From Leucoraja ocellata (lineage: Eukaryota), in the NCBI GenBank assembly GCA_036785375.1, contig JAWMAR010000069.1, positions 7,192,001-7,256,000 of the forward strand: a DNA stretch of 64,000 nt. The letters run 5' to 3'. The notes beneath the pieces were generated by a model. The model saw only the letters and a list, made by a program, of their open reading frames with translations, was not told the origin of the DNA and made no database searches. The stretch's first letter is position 1, and every line of letters starts with the position of its first letter. The position numbers and the translations under genes were made by a program. Below are positions 23,082 to 35,840 of the stretch, in pieces.

Positions 23082-23893
23082 AAGATACATTTATTTGTCA
23101 CATGTACCAGTTGGTACAGTGAAATGTGTGGTCACAGGACAGCCATACAAATAAAAAAAAAGAACACAACACACGATAGACTACAACATAAAATATCCCC
23201 ACACAGCAGAATCAAAGTTTCCCATTGTGAGGGAAGGCACTTGTCAGACCTCTTCCTCTGATGTTATTGATATTCGCCGTGTTCGGGGCCTTCCGAGCCC
23301 TCCGCAGTCGCTGCTCAGGCCTGCTCGCCGGGATGATGGAACTCCGACGTCGGAACGGGAGGACAATCTCAGCGGCTTGGACCTCCGAATCGGCCACTTC
23401 CTACCGGAGTCCACGGCTCCCAAAGTCCACAGGCCGCGCTGGGCGGAGATTCACGCTGGCAAAGGGATCCCAGGACTGCGTGATCTTGAAGTCGGCGCCG
23501 CCCACGCTGGGAGCTCTGCAAACATCAGCTTCGCGATTTTGAAGCTGCAGGCCCAACATTCTGGAGCTTCAAACGGCGATCCAGATGGGCATCTCCCCGA
23601 TGAATCCAGCGCTGCGCCGCCGCTGCTGAAGCTCTGGTCCGGTCCCCGGCAGGAAAGGCCGAGCCAATCCAGTTAGTAGGCCGCAAGGAGGAGGGCGAGG
23701 ACACGACTCGGAGAATAGTCGCATTCTCGCCAGGAAGTGACTGGGAAACGGTTTCCCCCTTACCCCTCCGCCCTCTCCCACATAGGAAAACTAAAGAAAC
23801 CTTCAAACATACTGTTAAGACAAACTAAAATGAAATGTAAGATAGAACAAACGGACAGACTGTAGGCAGAGGCTGCCATCAATGCAGCACCTC
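23082..23893 (-). mobile_element. GC-rich non-coding retroelement, copy B
   Basis: Head gaggtgctgcattgatggcagcctctgcctacagtctgtccgt. Tail ...tttcactgtaccaactggtacatgtgacaaataaatgtatcttgtat (Rex1-type). Confidence 0.75.
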
Positions 23894-24189
23894 TGTCATC
23901 ATGTGCATGGAAGTGCTGAAAATGCAATGCAAATGCTGAAAATACTCACCATGTCAGACAGCAGCTTTGGAGGGAATTATCTTTTTGGGTCAAAAACTCT
24001 TCAATAGAAGGATTAAAGTTAAGGGTCAACTTTTTTTTGAGAAGTTAAGGATCAACATTCAGCAAAGATGCTTGGGAACATCTGAAGGTGGGGATAGATT
24101 ATGGGAAAGAGGATATTATTAACATATTATTTGTCAAATGGAGGTTTGGGGTGATTTAAAAAAAAAAACACTTAAACATTTTTCTCCCA

Positions 24190-25365
24190 CTAAACTGACC
24201 TGTTTGAGGAGGTAACTAAGAGGTGGATGGGGACAATGAATTTAGTGCAGCTACATAGACTTCAGTAAATATTTCAATACATGACATTTAAAAAGAAAAA
24301 AAAAAGTTAAACCTCATTGAATTGAGGACTGAGTAATAAGTTGGATTCAACTGAGTAACAGTGTGCAAAGGTAATAGTTGATGGATGAGTTTTTGAGATT
24401 GCTATGAGAGGCCATTTGTTTTATAGATCCACAGAGCCTAGGTTTAATGTAGATTAATATTTTGGATTTAACTGTGATAAAACTTGAAGATCATACAAAA
24501 ATTGTGGTGACTGAAGAGGAAATGTTTACGTTGTAGGATGATGTTGTTCTGGTGAATTGGACACATGTCTGCATGAGCAATTCAATAAAATGCAATATGA
24601 GGTAATATGCATAGTGTGGTAGTGTAAAAAGACATGATGAATGAGAAAGTTCTGTGGGATGGGGGAGGGCTTGAGAAATGTGGAAAGACAGCAGGACCTT
24701 GGTGTGTGCATTGATGCATATTCAAAGGTTGCTGGACAAGTCAGTGAGGTGGTTTTAAAATGTGCTTGGATAATGTATTGCACGTTAATTTTGATGAGAT
24801 TGTGCAAAGCCTGATTCGAAAATTTAGAGATTACATTAAAGTAGCTGGTATCATAGACAGTGAAGATGGTTATCAAAAAATACTGTGAGATCTTGATTAT
24901 CTAGCCAAGTGGGCTGAAGAATAGCCAATAGATTTTAATACAGGGGATGTTGGGAAGTCAAACAAGGACCTTTTGTAGTTGAATGACGAGGCCTTGGGGA
25001 GTGTTGTAATGCCGAGGGATTTAAGAGGAGAGGTACATGGTTTCTTTAAAGTGATGTCACAGATAAATAGGGTGTTAAAGAAGGCTTTTGGTACAATGGC
25101 CTTCATCAGTCAGAGTATTGAGTATGTAAGTTGGGACGTTTTGTTATATAATATGTTGATGAGGCTGCACTTGGAGTATTGTGTTCAATTTTGGTCACCC
25201 CGTTATCGGGAGGATGTCGTTGTTGGACATCACCTTGGACAGGTGCACGGATGGGAATGTTTTGGAGGGATATTTGCCAAATGCGAGCAAATGGGACTAG
25301 CTTTGATGGGGTTTCTTGGTCGGCATGGACGAGTTGGGAGAAATACCTGTTTCCATGCTGTATGA
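24190..25365 (+). mobile_element. Decayed CR1/HER1 LINE RT remnants (at least two copies)
   Basis: Track ORF 24979-25365 contains KKAFGTMAFISQSIEY...RLHLEYCVQFWSPRYREDV, a diagnostic CR1 RT C-terminus. It ends in a CR1 tail. Confidence 0.8.
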
Positions 25366-26257
25366 CTAAGAATCTAACTCTGAGACTGGGGTCATTCACC
25401 CAAACTGACCATTAAGTACCATCTAAGCCATAGCCTATTTTTTCCATTCACCACAGCTAAAGCATGGAATATTAGTTCCAAGGTTATGCTAGAACTCCAG
25501 AAGACTTGTGGATTGTGGATGCTTGTAGATTGCATCAATTCCTGATCACCTCATTACAAGAAAGATGCCAGGAATGGAATATTTCAGGAAAGTTGGGGTT
25601 GGTTTGTTTGGAAGAAAGGGATTATAATCATGAAGCATCGAGATGGAGATGACATTTCTCCTTGGGAAATGGATCAAAAATGGGAGGGGGGGGGGGGAGG
25701 GGAGGGAAGTGTGAAAGTAATTGGTGTAATGCTAAATTATAATGGTATAATGAAGGGAGATGAGGAAAAAGTGAAATTCATCAGAGGTTGGGAGAGTCTG
25801 TAAATGCCTGAAAGAGTGGTGGAAGCAGAGACATGGTTTAAAAAAAAAACTCTACACGGATGTGTAAATGAACTGTCATAACCCACAAGGTTATGGCACC
25901 AGTGCTGAGATCACTTTTCCATAACAAATACAAATCTGATGTGCTGAATGTCTCTATTGTAAATATTTTGTTTATGATCCCAAGAGGATTAAATGTGCAG
26001 GTTTTAGCTCGTACATCCTTTAAATATTTGCTTTGCCAATCTTTCTGTAGAGATTGTTGACTTAATTCGTGGTGAAGAGTCATATGCTCAGAAAACGAAT
26101 AAAATTGATCATTGGATTAGTGTTGTCGGGATGAATGGGTAATGCATTGGGGTCCCATGGGGCTGGTGTGAGCAGTTCTTCTTCTCCTGTCATAACTTTG
26201 GCAAATCTCAAAACATCAAAAGGAAAATAAGTCGGCAACTAAAGTAATCATGAATTT

Positions 26258-26385
26258 GTGTAGAAAAGGACTGCAGATGCTGGTTTACACTGAAGATGGT
26301 CACAATGCTGGAGTAACTCACTGGGTCAGGCAGCATCTCTGAAGAGAAAGAATAGGTGATGATTTGGGCCGAGACACTTCAGATC
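26258..26385 (-). mobile_element. Penelope-like pLTR unit
   Basis: gtgtagaaaaggactgcagatgctgg...cacttcaga is a reversed pLTR, with degenerate flanking repeat taatcat...tttgt. Confidence 0.7.
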
Positions 26386-26481
26386 TAATCATTTGTTTGT
26401 CCTGGTTTAATCTACGGCTGCATTAATGTCACTGTATTGCATTGTGGTGGAACAAGCCTTTGCTAAGGTTACTGCTCATAG

Positions 26482-26631
26482 TTAGACACAAAGCTGGAGT
26501 AACTATGCTGTCTCAACTCGAAACTGCACCCATTCCTTCTCTCCATAGATACTGCCTGCCCCGCTGAGTTACTCCAGCTTTTTGTGTCTAATTTTAGTTT
26601 AAACCAGCATCTGCAGTTCCTTCCTACACAT
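26482..26631 (+). mobile_element. Penelope-like pLTR unit with short inverted head
   Basis: TSD ttactgctcatag (26469-26481) / ttactcctcatag (26632-26644). Confidence 0.75.
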
Positions 26632-27648
26632 TTACTCCTCATAGAAGTCTGGTAATTAGTATTTTGGATGCGGGGGTGATTTTTGTAAAGACTGCAGATT
26701 AGGTAGCATTTGCAGAGATCGACAAATTCACATTTCAAGTCTGTAATTCTGGAAAACATCATAATAGGAGTCATGGAACAAGAGAGGTGAGCACAATTGA
26801 GATGGAATGGAGAGGAACATATGGCATGGGGTACGATGGCAGTAAGAAAGGTGGTGGTGAAGGTAAAGGAGGTTAACAATGGGAAGTAAAGTAATAAACT
26901 GTCTAAAGGAGTTATTGGTGGCAGCAAGAGAAATGTGACATCTCTGGTCAGAAAAGTGGTTATGATTTGAAAATTTTGAATTCACCTATGAGCTTATTAA
27001 AGAATTAGATGCAATTCTGTGAGCTTTTATTGAGGTTCATTGGAATATCAAAATAAGTGGAGGTCAGGCTCGTAATAATGCAGAAAATTGCAGTAAGTGA
27101 CTAAGCACAAGAGCATGGCAACCAAACTCCAACTGTGGGACTTGGCTTCTGACCTGAAGGGAAAGCCTCCTTTTCAGAGCAGGCAGCTAAATTGTCCAAA
27201 ATCAAAACAAAAATGAATAAAAGCTGTCTATCTTTGCCTTTCTTCAAGAATAATTTTGACATGCTTATAACATTCAAGGGAACTTAGGTGGAGGTTAGTT
27301 GGATGCTTTTTAATTTGTAGACTACCTGAGATATATTTGTCATTCTGCAAGAATTTTAATATTTAAGGAAGTGTTTTTTTCTTGAAACCGTCTTTCATAC
27401 TAATTTATGAATTCTTCATGCTGTGGACCAGCACCTATAACTTCATTTGACCAGGCTTCAACGTGCCCTCAACTAGAGGACATAATAATTGCAAAAATGA
27501 TTAAGGAAAACTCCCAAGGTAAAATCAAAACTTTAGATCTCATTGCTGTTTAAGCAGACGGCTTACTCTGCTCACATGTTCTCGGTCTAACAGGCTTAAT
27601 GGCTCCTTTACTCAAAACATGATGATTGTAGTCAGGAGAAATGTTAAA

Positions 27649-27651
<3 letters not shown>

Positions 27652-27686
<35 letters not shown>
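27652..27686. repeat. (TA)n microsatellite
   Basis: Direct reading. Confidence 0.95.
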
Positions 27687-27687
<1 letters not shown>

Positions 27688-27689
<2 letters not shown>

Positions 27690-28240
27690 GACACAAGAAG
27701 CTACAGATGCTTGTATCTTCAGCACAGTGCTGAAAGAATTCAGCAGGTCAGGCAGCATCTCTGGAGGCAATGGACAGGCAATGATTTGGGTTTGGATCTT
27801 TCAGTCTTATTGATGTAGGGGGTAGAAAGCTGGAAATGAGAGGGAATGGAACCGGGATGGGACAAAACCTGGCATGTGACAGGTGGGTCCAGGCTTGGAG
27901 GGGAAGGGGAAGGGAAGATTGGCAGATAGGTGGAGATCATGAGAAAGGCAAGAGGTGAAAAGGAGACAAAAGGGTGTCGGGTAAGGAGAGGAGGGGTGTG
28001 GGTGGAACTGGGACTGGGCTTTGATGGGTGGAGAAGGGGGAAGAGTGAGGGAGGGGGAAGGCAAAATGGGAGATTAATATATAAAGTGGGGGGGGGAAGC
28101 GAGTGAGATGGTGGAAGAAACAGCAGTGGGATTGGTGGCACTGGAAAGTAAGAGGTGCTCACCTCTCTTGTTCCATTATTTTAAATGGGAGAATTCAATG
28201 TTCATACCATTGTGTTGCAAGCTCCTAAGCAGACAGTGGA
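27688..28240 (-). mobile_element. Penelope-like element 3' fragment (EN end, pyrimidine-rich UTR, pLTR)
   Basis: gggagaattcaatgttcatacc matches the end of the GIY-YIG ORF at 44840-44880. G-rich UTR and pLTR occur in the same order. Confidence 0.7.
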
Positions 28241-29180
28241 GATGTACCAAGTAACTTTATTTCACTGATTTGTTGTTTTTTACTAAAGCATTTTTTGTAA
28301 CAAGGAATGTGTTGTTTGTCCTTATGAGAACTAACATTTATTGAGTAAGAATATCGGGAGGCTGTGTGGTGAATAAATATAGTCACTCGTGATTGAAGTG
28401 GATAGCTCCTCCAACCATTTAAAGAATGGACTTCTCTCTGAAGATGGAGAAACTAGCATGATAGTCAACTTGCCTCCAACATACAGTAGTTACAGAAAGG
28501 GCCAGTTGAGGGCATCTTGAAAGGTGAGCTTCATTAAAGGTCATTGTTTAAGTGATTCCCACATGAATCTTATGCTATTCTGTGCAAGGGTATTGATTCG
28601 AGAACAGTTTGTGGTCATGCTGCATTGATGGCCTGCTGCCATCTGCCAAAATGATATCCTCAGTAAATGAGTTATAGCATCCTTACAAGTTACCATCCCA
28701 TCTGCTTCTAGCAACAAAATAGTTGTAATATTGCAAATTGTATTTTATGATCAGATTCGCAAAATGGCATCTGCATTTTTAGCAACTATATTTTTTTTAT
28801 TACCGAGTGGGTTTTAAGAACTGTAAATTCAGAGTATAATACCCATTCATAATTGAACAGATGACAGTGTGTTGTATCTTTGATTGTTGTAGTCCTTTTG
28901 CAAACATACTCCCATGGGGTGTTAGGTAAGACATTCCTGGATTTAAACTCTGCAATGATGAAAGGCCAATACTCCATTTCTAATTTTGGTTGACCTGATT
29001 TCGATGGGAATTTTCATGGCATTCCCATGCATTTGCTGACTCACTGGTGTTTCCAGCTGATAGAAGTTGTGGATGAGAGAGATACTGTCAAATAACTTGC
29101 TATTTAGATTTTGAATTGGGAGTGTATAAGGATGACCCATAGAGCTTCTATTGTCTTGATTCAATGTAAGTTTCCACTTT

Positions 29181-29994
29181 ATACAATATTACAATACAAT
29201 ACAATACCGTTTATTTGTCATTTGAACCTCACATGAAGTTCAAACAAAATTTGGTTTCTGCAGCCATACAAGAAAAGAACCAAGACACACACCAACACAA
29301 TTTACACAAACATCCATCACAGTGAATCTCCTCCTCACTGTGATGGAAGGCAAAGTCTCGTCTCTCCCCTGCTCTCCATTCCTCTCCCAAAGTCAAAGCC
29401 CCCGGCGGGCCCTAGCAAGTCCCACGGCCCCTTAAAGCCGTGCCGGGCGATGTAATGCCCTGCCCTGGGTCCCGATGTTGGAGCCCCCGGTGGGCGTTAG
29501 CAAGTCCCGCGGCTGTTTAAGCCGCACAGGGCGATGCAAGGCCCCGCTCCAGGTCACTCCCAACCCTGCAATTCTGGCGGGAGAAGTTGCCGTTGCGGGA
29601 GCTCCGTAAAGCGGTCTCCCACCGGGGACCCGCGAGCTCCCGGTGTCACCATCCACCGGAGTTGGGTCGCATCCGCGCACCTCCACGCTCCGAAGCTGGC
29701 CAGCTCCACGATGGTAGGTCTGCAGCTCCGCAGGCTCCGTGACTGGAGCACCCGGGTCGTTCCGGTTGGAGGCCGCTCCACGGTGCTAGGCCCCAACGGC
29801 AACGGAGACCCGACAGGGAAAAGGTCGGGTCCCCGTACAGGGAAGAGATTTAAAAGTTTCCCCCCCCCCCCCCCCCCACCGCCCCCCACACATACACAGT
29901 CAAAAACCCACTACAAACTTTACACTCTACAGTACAATAAAATAAAAAAAGACAGACGGACTGCAGAGGCCGCTGCAACGTCAGTCGCACCGCC
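29181..29994 (-). mobile_element. GC-rich non-coding retroelement, copy C
   Basis: (GTATT)n tail, terminal hairpin tttgaac...gttcaaa, ccatcacagtga/tcactgtgatgg hairpin, and head ggcggtgcgactgacgttgcagcggcctctgcagtccgtctgt. Confidence 0.75.
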
Positions 29995-30478
29995 AACCCA
30001 AAATCTCACTGTTCTCCAAATAAAAGTGTAAATAATTTGTTTAGCTTCTGGCCAACAACCAAAGGCATTTCCTAAACTTTGCAGATTGGGAGAACAATTA
30101 TTTGGTTGTTTCTGAAAGTGTTATAGTAATTCACACAACAATACATGGTTAATCTAATTCACCAGTATTGGTAGATCATTTTAGATTTGTTAAACTGGTT
30201 TAAAAAGGAAATACATCTCCCACTTTTTAAAAATTCATTACTTTTGAGCAGATTGATTTAACAAAAAAATGTGTGGAGATAATCGGATTTTAAATTTCAT
30301 TTGTTGGTAGAAAATATATTTGTGGGGTTTGAATTGATATACTGCACAACCGCAAGTCAATTCAGTCAAAATATTAGGAAGATAATCAATTATAATATGG
30401 TCAACATATTTCCTACCCATTTCCTAAATGTTCCACTCCATTGAAGTCACTAGAACTTATGTCAGATGGGGAGTATAA

Positions 30479-30684
30479 TACCCCTGTCCCACTTAGGAAA
30501 CCTGAATGGAAACCTCTGGAGACTTTGCGCCCCACCCAAGGTTTCCGTGCGGTTCCCAGAGGTTTTTGTCAGTCTCCCTATTTGCTTCCACTACCTGCAA
30601 CCTCCGGGAACCATACGGAAACCTTGGGTGGGGCACAAAGTCTCCAGAGGTTTCCGTTCAGGTTTCCTAAGTGGAACAGAGGCA
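30479..30684. mobile_element. PIF/Harbinger-type fold-back MITE
   Basis: ~85-bp inverted arms starting TACCCCTGTCCCACT and ending AGTGGAACAGAGGCA. Flanks TAA / TAC. Confidence 0.8.
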
Positions 30685-30704
30685 TACCTGATGAGTGATT
30701 ATAA

Positions 30705-30833
30705 AAACAAGGATCTACCGATGCTGGTTTAAAAAGGAAGACACAAAGTGCTGGAGTAACTCAGTGGTTCAGGCGGCATCTCTGGAGAACATGGAGTAGG
30801 TGACATTATAGGTCGGGCCCCATCTTCAGACTG
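30705..30833 (-). mobile_element. Penelope-like pLTR unit
   Basis: acacaaagtgctggagtaactcag...cttcagactga. Confidence 0.7.
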
Positions 30834-31854
30834 AGCCAGCAACTAACAATTTAAACCCTGTCTATAAAAACATTTGTGAAGTGAGATCTTCACATTGTTA
30901 AAAATGCGAAATAATATCACAATCTTCTCGATCTCTCCTTGTGTGACATGACGCTTTCCTTGGAACCAGTCTAATGAATCTGAATGAGACCTTGGTTAGA
31001 ACTCTCAGAGTACTGTGTACAATATCACTCACTGTTATTATGATAACAAGATTTGGAGGAGAAGAGATTTGCAAGGATGATAGCAGAAATGTCAGAGAAG
31101 GATGAACAGTGTCTATTTTCTCCTGAAAAGATTGGTAATATGTTTTTTTGTAATGATGAAGGATTTTAGCGCAGTGGAAACCGAATAGGTTGCGTGGAAT
31201 ATATACGCCTACATGAACTAGTTGGGCCACATGGTGTCAATCTGAGCTAGGTATCTTGTGCAATTCAGTCTATGGTTGACAATGAGCAAATGTATATGCA
31301 GAGGTGCAGTGTTACATTATAAATGACGTTTCCCTCTACAGAGTCTAACCATTTGTTACCTGCGCAAATTTGCATAACATGCTAGTGAAATGCTGAGTAC
31401 GTTTCACTGCTTCGAGCAATAGTATTCAGGGGATCTGAGGCTGATGGATTACAATAGCTTCCAGGGATTATACTTGCAGTGGATCGCTGGATTTAACCCA
31501 ATGAAATGTATCTTTGTCAAGTGAAAATAGATGAGCTCAGTTCACCAGTAATTCAGGGAAGTACGTTTCTTGACAACATTTATCATCCTTGGCTTTTCTT
31601 GCAGTGCAATTCCTGCTTCCTGTGATCAGTCTTCCTTTGCTTTGAATCGTCGGCTTTGAAAATGTGTTCTTTCTGGGAGTTTGAACACAACAATGACTAG
31701 TTGCTGCAGCAAGCTGACTGAGCCTGCCCTGCTTTGTGTTGGCTCCATCTTAGTGGTTTTCTTTCTCCATGGTGTGAATACCCAATGGGAGAATTTCAAC
31801 ACAAACATTTTGACCTAAAAGGAGGAAGCACACATGTACACACACACACAGATG

Positions 31855-32265
31855 ACAAAAAACAAACAGAAAATGCTGGAACCATTCAGCTGGTCAGGCA
31901 GCATCTGTGGAAAGAGAAACCGTGTAGGAAGGAACTGCAGATGCTGGTTTACACCGAAGAGGACACAAAATGCTGGAGTAACTCACGGAGCGGGCAACAT
32001 CTCTAGATGGGAGGAATGGGTGATTTTTGGGTCAACACCCGAGCTGTTATTCGGGTCTGTTATTGTTTCAAGTTTGGGGTGATTCGTCAGAACTTGGAAA
32101 GAGAGAAATCAGCTAGTTATAACCTGTTTCTCTCTTTCCTTGATCTGACAAAGAGCCCTGGACCTGGAATATGAACCGTGTTTCTCTTTCCGCGGATACT
32201 ACCTGACCTGCTGAATGCTTCCAATGATTTGCTCTTATTTCAGATTACTATCATCTGTAGTTTTC
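31855..32265. mobile_element. Nested Penelope-like pLTR units
   Basis: An older palindromic pLTR containing a younger reversed pLTR at ~31922-32040. Confidence 0.65.
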
Positions 32266-32304
32266 AGGTGGCTTATAGTCATAAGTAGTCAAAATGAACT
32301 CTGT

Positions 32305-32487
32305 GGACAAAAATGCTGGAGAAATTCAGAGGGTGAGGCAGCATCTATGGAACAAAGGAAATAGACAACGTTTCGGCCTGAAATGTTGCCCATTTCCTTC
32401 GCTCCATAGATGCTGTCTCACCCGCTGAGTCTTCCAGCATTTTTGTCTACCTTCGATTTTCCAGCATCTGCAGTTCTTTCTTAAACA
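32305..32487. mobile_element. Palindromic Penelope-like pLTR unit
   Basis: gacaaaaatgctgga...caacgtttcggcctgaaatgttg...tccagcatttttgtc forms an inverted pair. Confidence 0.8.
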
Positions 32488-32689
32488 AACTATTTGACAT
32501 GTATATGAAGCACGGAAATGAGCCCATTTGCCAAATTCATCCATGCTGAGCAATTAATCACTAGGTTTAACCAAGCTAGCCCAACTTGACTGTGGCTGGC
32601 TCGTATCTCTCTGAACCTTGCCTATTCATTTACCTCTTCAAATGGCTTTAAAAAAATAATCATAATAGCATTTTGTTGATACATACTAG

Positions 32690-33600
32690 AGCAGGACTCT
32701 CAAAGTAAATTATAATATTTTGCGAGTGTCACCGATCAGAGGGATCACGGAATGTAGTTGCGTCCTTGCATGAAAGTCACGACACAGACAGGGTGGCACT
32801 TGCCTTCATCAGTCACGGTATTGAGTAGAGGAGTTGGCCTGCACACCTTTCAGCTGTACAAGACATTGATAATCCCACATTTGGAGTACTCAGTACAGTT
32901 CTGATTGCCTCGCAATAGGAAGGATGTAATTAAACAGGAAAGGGTCCAATACAGATCTATAAGGATGTTACTGGGAGAGTTTGAGGTACAAGGAGAGGCT
33001 GGATGAGCTAAAAGTGTTTTTGCCCTCGTGGGAGGGTGAGTGGTGATCTTGGAGGTCAGCAGAATCATGAGGAACATAGGGGCATCCCACCTCCCCACCA
33101 CCCTCTGTGCAAAAGTTGCCACTATGATGCTTTTTAAAACCTCTCACACTAAACCTACATCATAAAATCTAGTTTCATGAAACTAAGGAACTGCACCCCT
33201 GGGTTTCTCTGTTCTACAACAATTTCCAGGGCCGTACCATTTATTGTTGCACCACACTTCCAGGGCCCCGACCATTTTAGGTCCATATTTGACAAAATAC
33301 AACTTGTGTATCTAAATTCACCTCCATTTCCACCCATTGGTCCAGTTGATCAAGATTTTGTTGTAATTTTGGATAACCAGCTTTATAGTCTACTCTGCTG
33401 CAATTTTAATGTCATTTGAAATCTTAACATTCCAATCCATTCTCATCCAAATCAGTGACATGAACAATGAACAATAGTAGATCCAGCATTGACCCCAGTG
33501 GCACACTTCTTGTAACTACCATCACCCTCTGTCTCTTGCCTTCAAGCCAATTTTGAAACCAGTTGGCTAGATCACTGTTCCAATTTCAGGTAATCCTTGA
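32690..33600. mobile_element. Decayed CR1 RT fragments (32690-33080 +, 33085-33600 -)
   Basis: LYKTLIIPHLEYSVQF on +, and a reverse remnant with INGTALEIVVEQRNPGVQ. Confidence 0.65.
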
Positions 33601-33864
33601 TTCCAATTTTCTCTACTCCTCACAACTACAATTCACTTCTTTTCATCTCCTTCCTCGCCCTAGTTTTAACCACCTAACACTCGCACAGGTAACTTGCCTG
33701 ATCTCCTATTCTACCTGGTTACATTTGCTCTTCCCCTATCCCCAGTTGCTTCCCATAATCACCTTCCTTATCAAATTCCATCACCTGGTAGTTTCTGTAT
33801 CACCACTTATCACCCTCCTAGCTGTTTCCATCTTCACATGCTGCCTCCTCGGCCCATCGTCTAC

Positions 33865-34375
33865 TCCGTCATTCAATCATGGCTGATCTCTCCCTCCTAA
33901 CCCCATTATCCTGCCTTCTCCCCGTAACCTCTGACACCTGTACTAATCAGGAATCTATCTATCTCTGCCTTAAAAATATCCATTGATAGCCTCCACAGTC
34001 TTCTGTTGCAAAGGATTCCACAGATGCACCACGCTTTGACTTAATACATTTCTCTTCATCTCCTTTCTGAAAGAACATAATTTAATTCTGAGGCTATGAC
34101 TTCTAGTCATAGACTCTCCCACTAGTGGAAACATCCTCTCCACATCCAATACCCTATCCAAGCCTTTCACTATTCTGTGTGTTTCAATGAAGTCCCCCCC
34201 TTCATTCTTCTAAACTCCAGCAAATACAGGTCCAGTGCCAACAAATGCTTATCATAAGTTAACCAACTCATTCCTGTGATTATTCTTATACACCTCCTCT
34301 GGACCCTCTCCAGGGCCAGTGCATCCTTCCTCTGATATGGTGCCCAAAATTGCTCAAAATTTCCTTGTGCTACCA
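33865..34375 (-). mobile_element. CR1/HER1 LINE 3' fragment
   Basis: Track ORFs 34170-34376 (QFWAPYQRKDALALERVQRR) and 33970-34170 (MKGLDR...SQSVVHLWNPL). Confidence 0.85.
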
Positions 34376-35687
34376 TCCTTGATTAATTACATATTGCGCA
34401 CCCCCCCACCCCACCCCCAACCCCCTTGTCCTTTCAGATTATTTTTATAAGATGCATTTTTCATTCCCCATTTTGACCACCTTAAACATCTTTCGTGCCT
34501 CTTGAAATCTAGTAAGGACATTTTCTTTAAACTGTAGGTACAAAGTAATGTGTCTGATGACCTTCAAACAATATGTATTGCAAAAAAAACTCTCAGATAC
34601 CAGAAAGATCTGTGACCTACTGTGGAAATAGGCTAGATATGGAACTCTTAATATTTTTCTATTGAAAATCTCAGATTGGAGTATTTCCAGTTTGACAGCT
34701 GAACCTTTTGGAGTTGAAAGCTTTCTCTCATCTTTTCTTCTGGGAGTATCAAAAACCTTTTGGTGCTTTTTAATAGTCCATGCCAACCATCAGAGAAATG
34801 CCTAAAGTTTTAAGGTTATTTATGCTGAATCCATTTACAAATGCATTGCACAAATTGAGTATTTATTTACTGCCCTGTGAAATGCTAATAATTTATTCAA
34901 TAACATAACATTTCCTTGACCTTAGTTACATCAGGGCATCAAAGCTGTGCAGCCTCTTACAAAGTTTTGTGATGTATTTTGACATTCAGAAAACTGTGTG
35001 TAAATTGGATTGAATTTGGAGCTGCGTAGATTTTCACCAGAACAAATCTAAGTGTAAAACATTTAGGGGGAAAAAGGCCGCTTGTAAATTGTATCCATAA
35101 GTAGATCTATTTGGATGGTTTGCACCTATTTGGTGACTGCATTTTTGTCTGATAAACATTACAGTTATAATTTAAGCAACATCTAAATTAGTATGTGAAG
35201 ATTATCTGCAAATTAAAACAACAATTGCTGAAAACATTCAGTTGGTCGGTCAATATCTGTTGAGGCAAACCATTAATGTTTCTGAGAAAGAGTTAATTTG
35301 TTTTGAGTGAAAGGGTGACCTAAAATTTAAATCTCATTTCTGTTTCCTCAGATGCTGCCTGATTTGTTAAGTGTTTTCTGTTTTAATTACTTTTTCTGTT
35401 TTTAGAATCGGGTGGTTTGGACTCTGGCCTGATAACTAGAAGAAAGCTCTACACTGAGTTTGGAGAAGAGAGGCACCATCCTTGTCAGTTCAGAGAGGAT
35501 TTCTTGCTTGATTTCATTTTTAATTCATCTTCATCATAGATAACAGTGCTTAATTGGTGAAGTGTGAACATTTTTTGCTTTTCATGGGGGTGAATTGAAG
35601 AGCCCACATTTTATCAAAATAAAACTATGTTGTCATATACATTAATAAATGCATTTTAGTTACATCTTTAATTCCAGAGACAGTTAA

Positions 35688-35840
35688 ATCTTGCTCTTGG
35701 GGTGAACAAAATCGAGGGATATGGGGAGAAAGCAGGAACGGAATACTGATTTTGGATGATGAACCATGATCATATTGAATGGGGGTGCTGGCTCAAAGGG
35801 CCGAATGGCCTACACCTGCACCTATATCCTATGTTTCTAT
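35688..35840 (+). mobile_element. CR1/HER1 3' end
   Basis: ...gggccgaatggcctacacctgcacctatatcctatgtttctat tail. Confidence 0.75.

Noticed and set aside
23227-23806. Overlapping ORFs in GC-rich elements (also 3641-4220, 9134-9808, 29432-30031)
   Set aside because: Open on both strands because of GC content, with no domain and not shared between copies.
23840-23893. HDV-like fold at the heads of the GC-rich elements
   Set aside because: Only a simple hairpin is visible. P1/P2/P3 and J4/2 could not be assembled.
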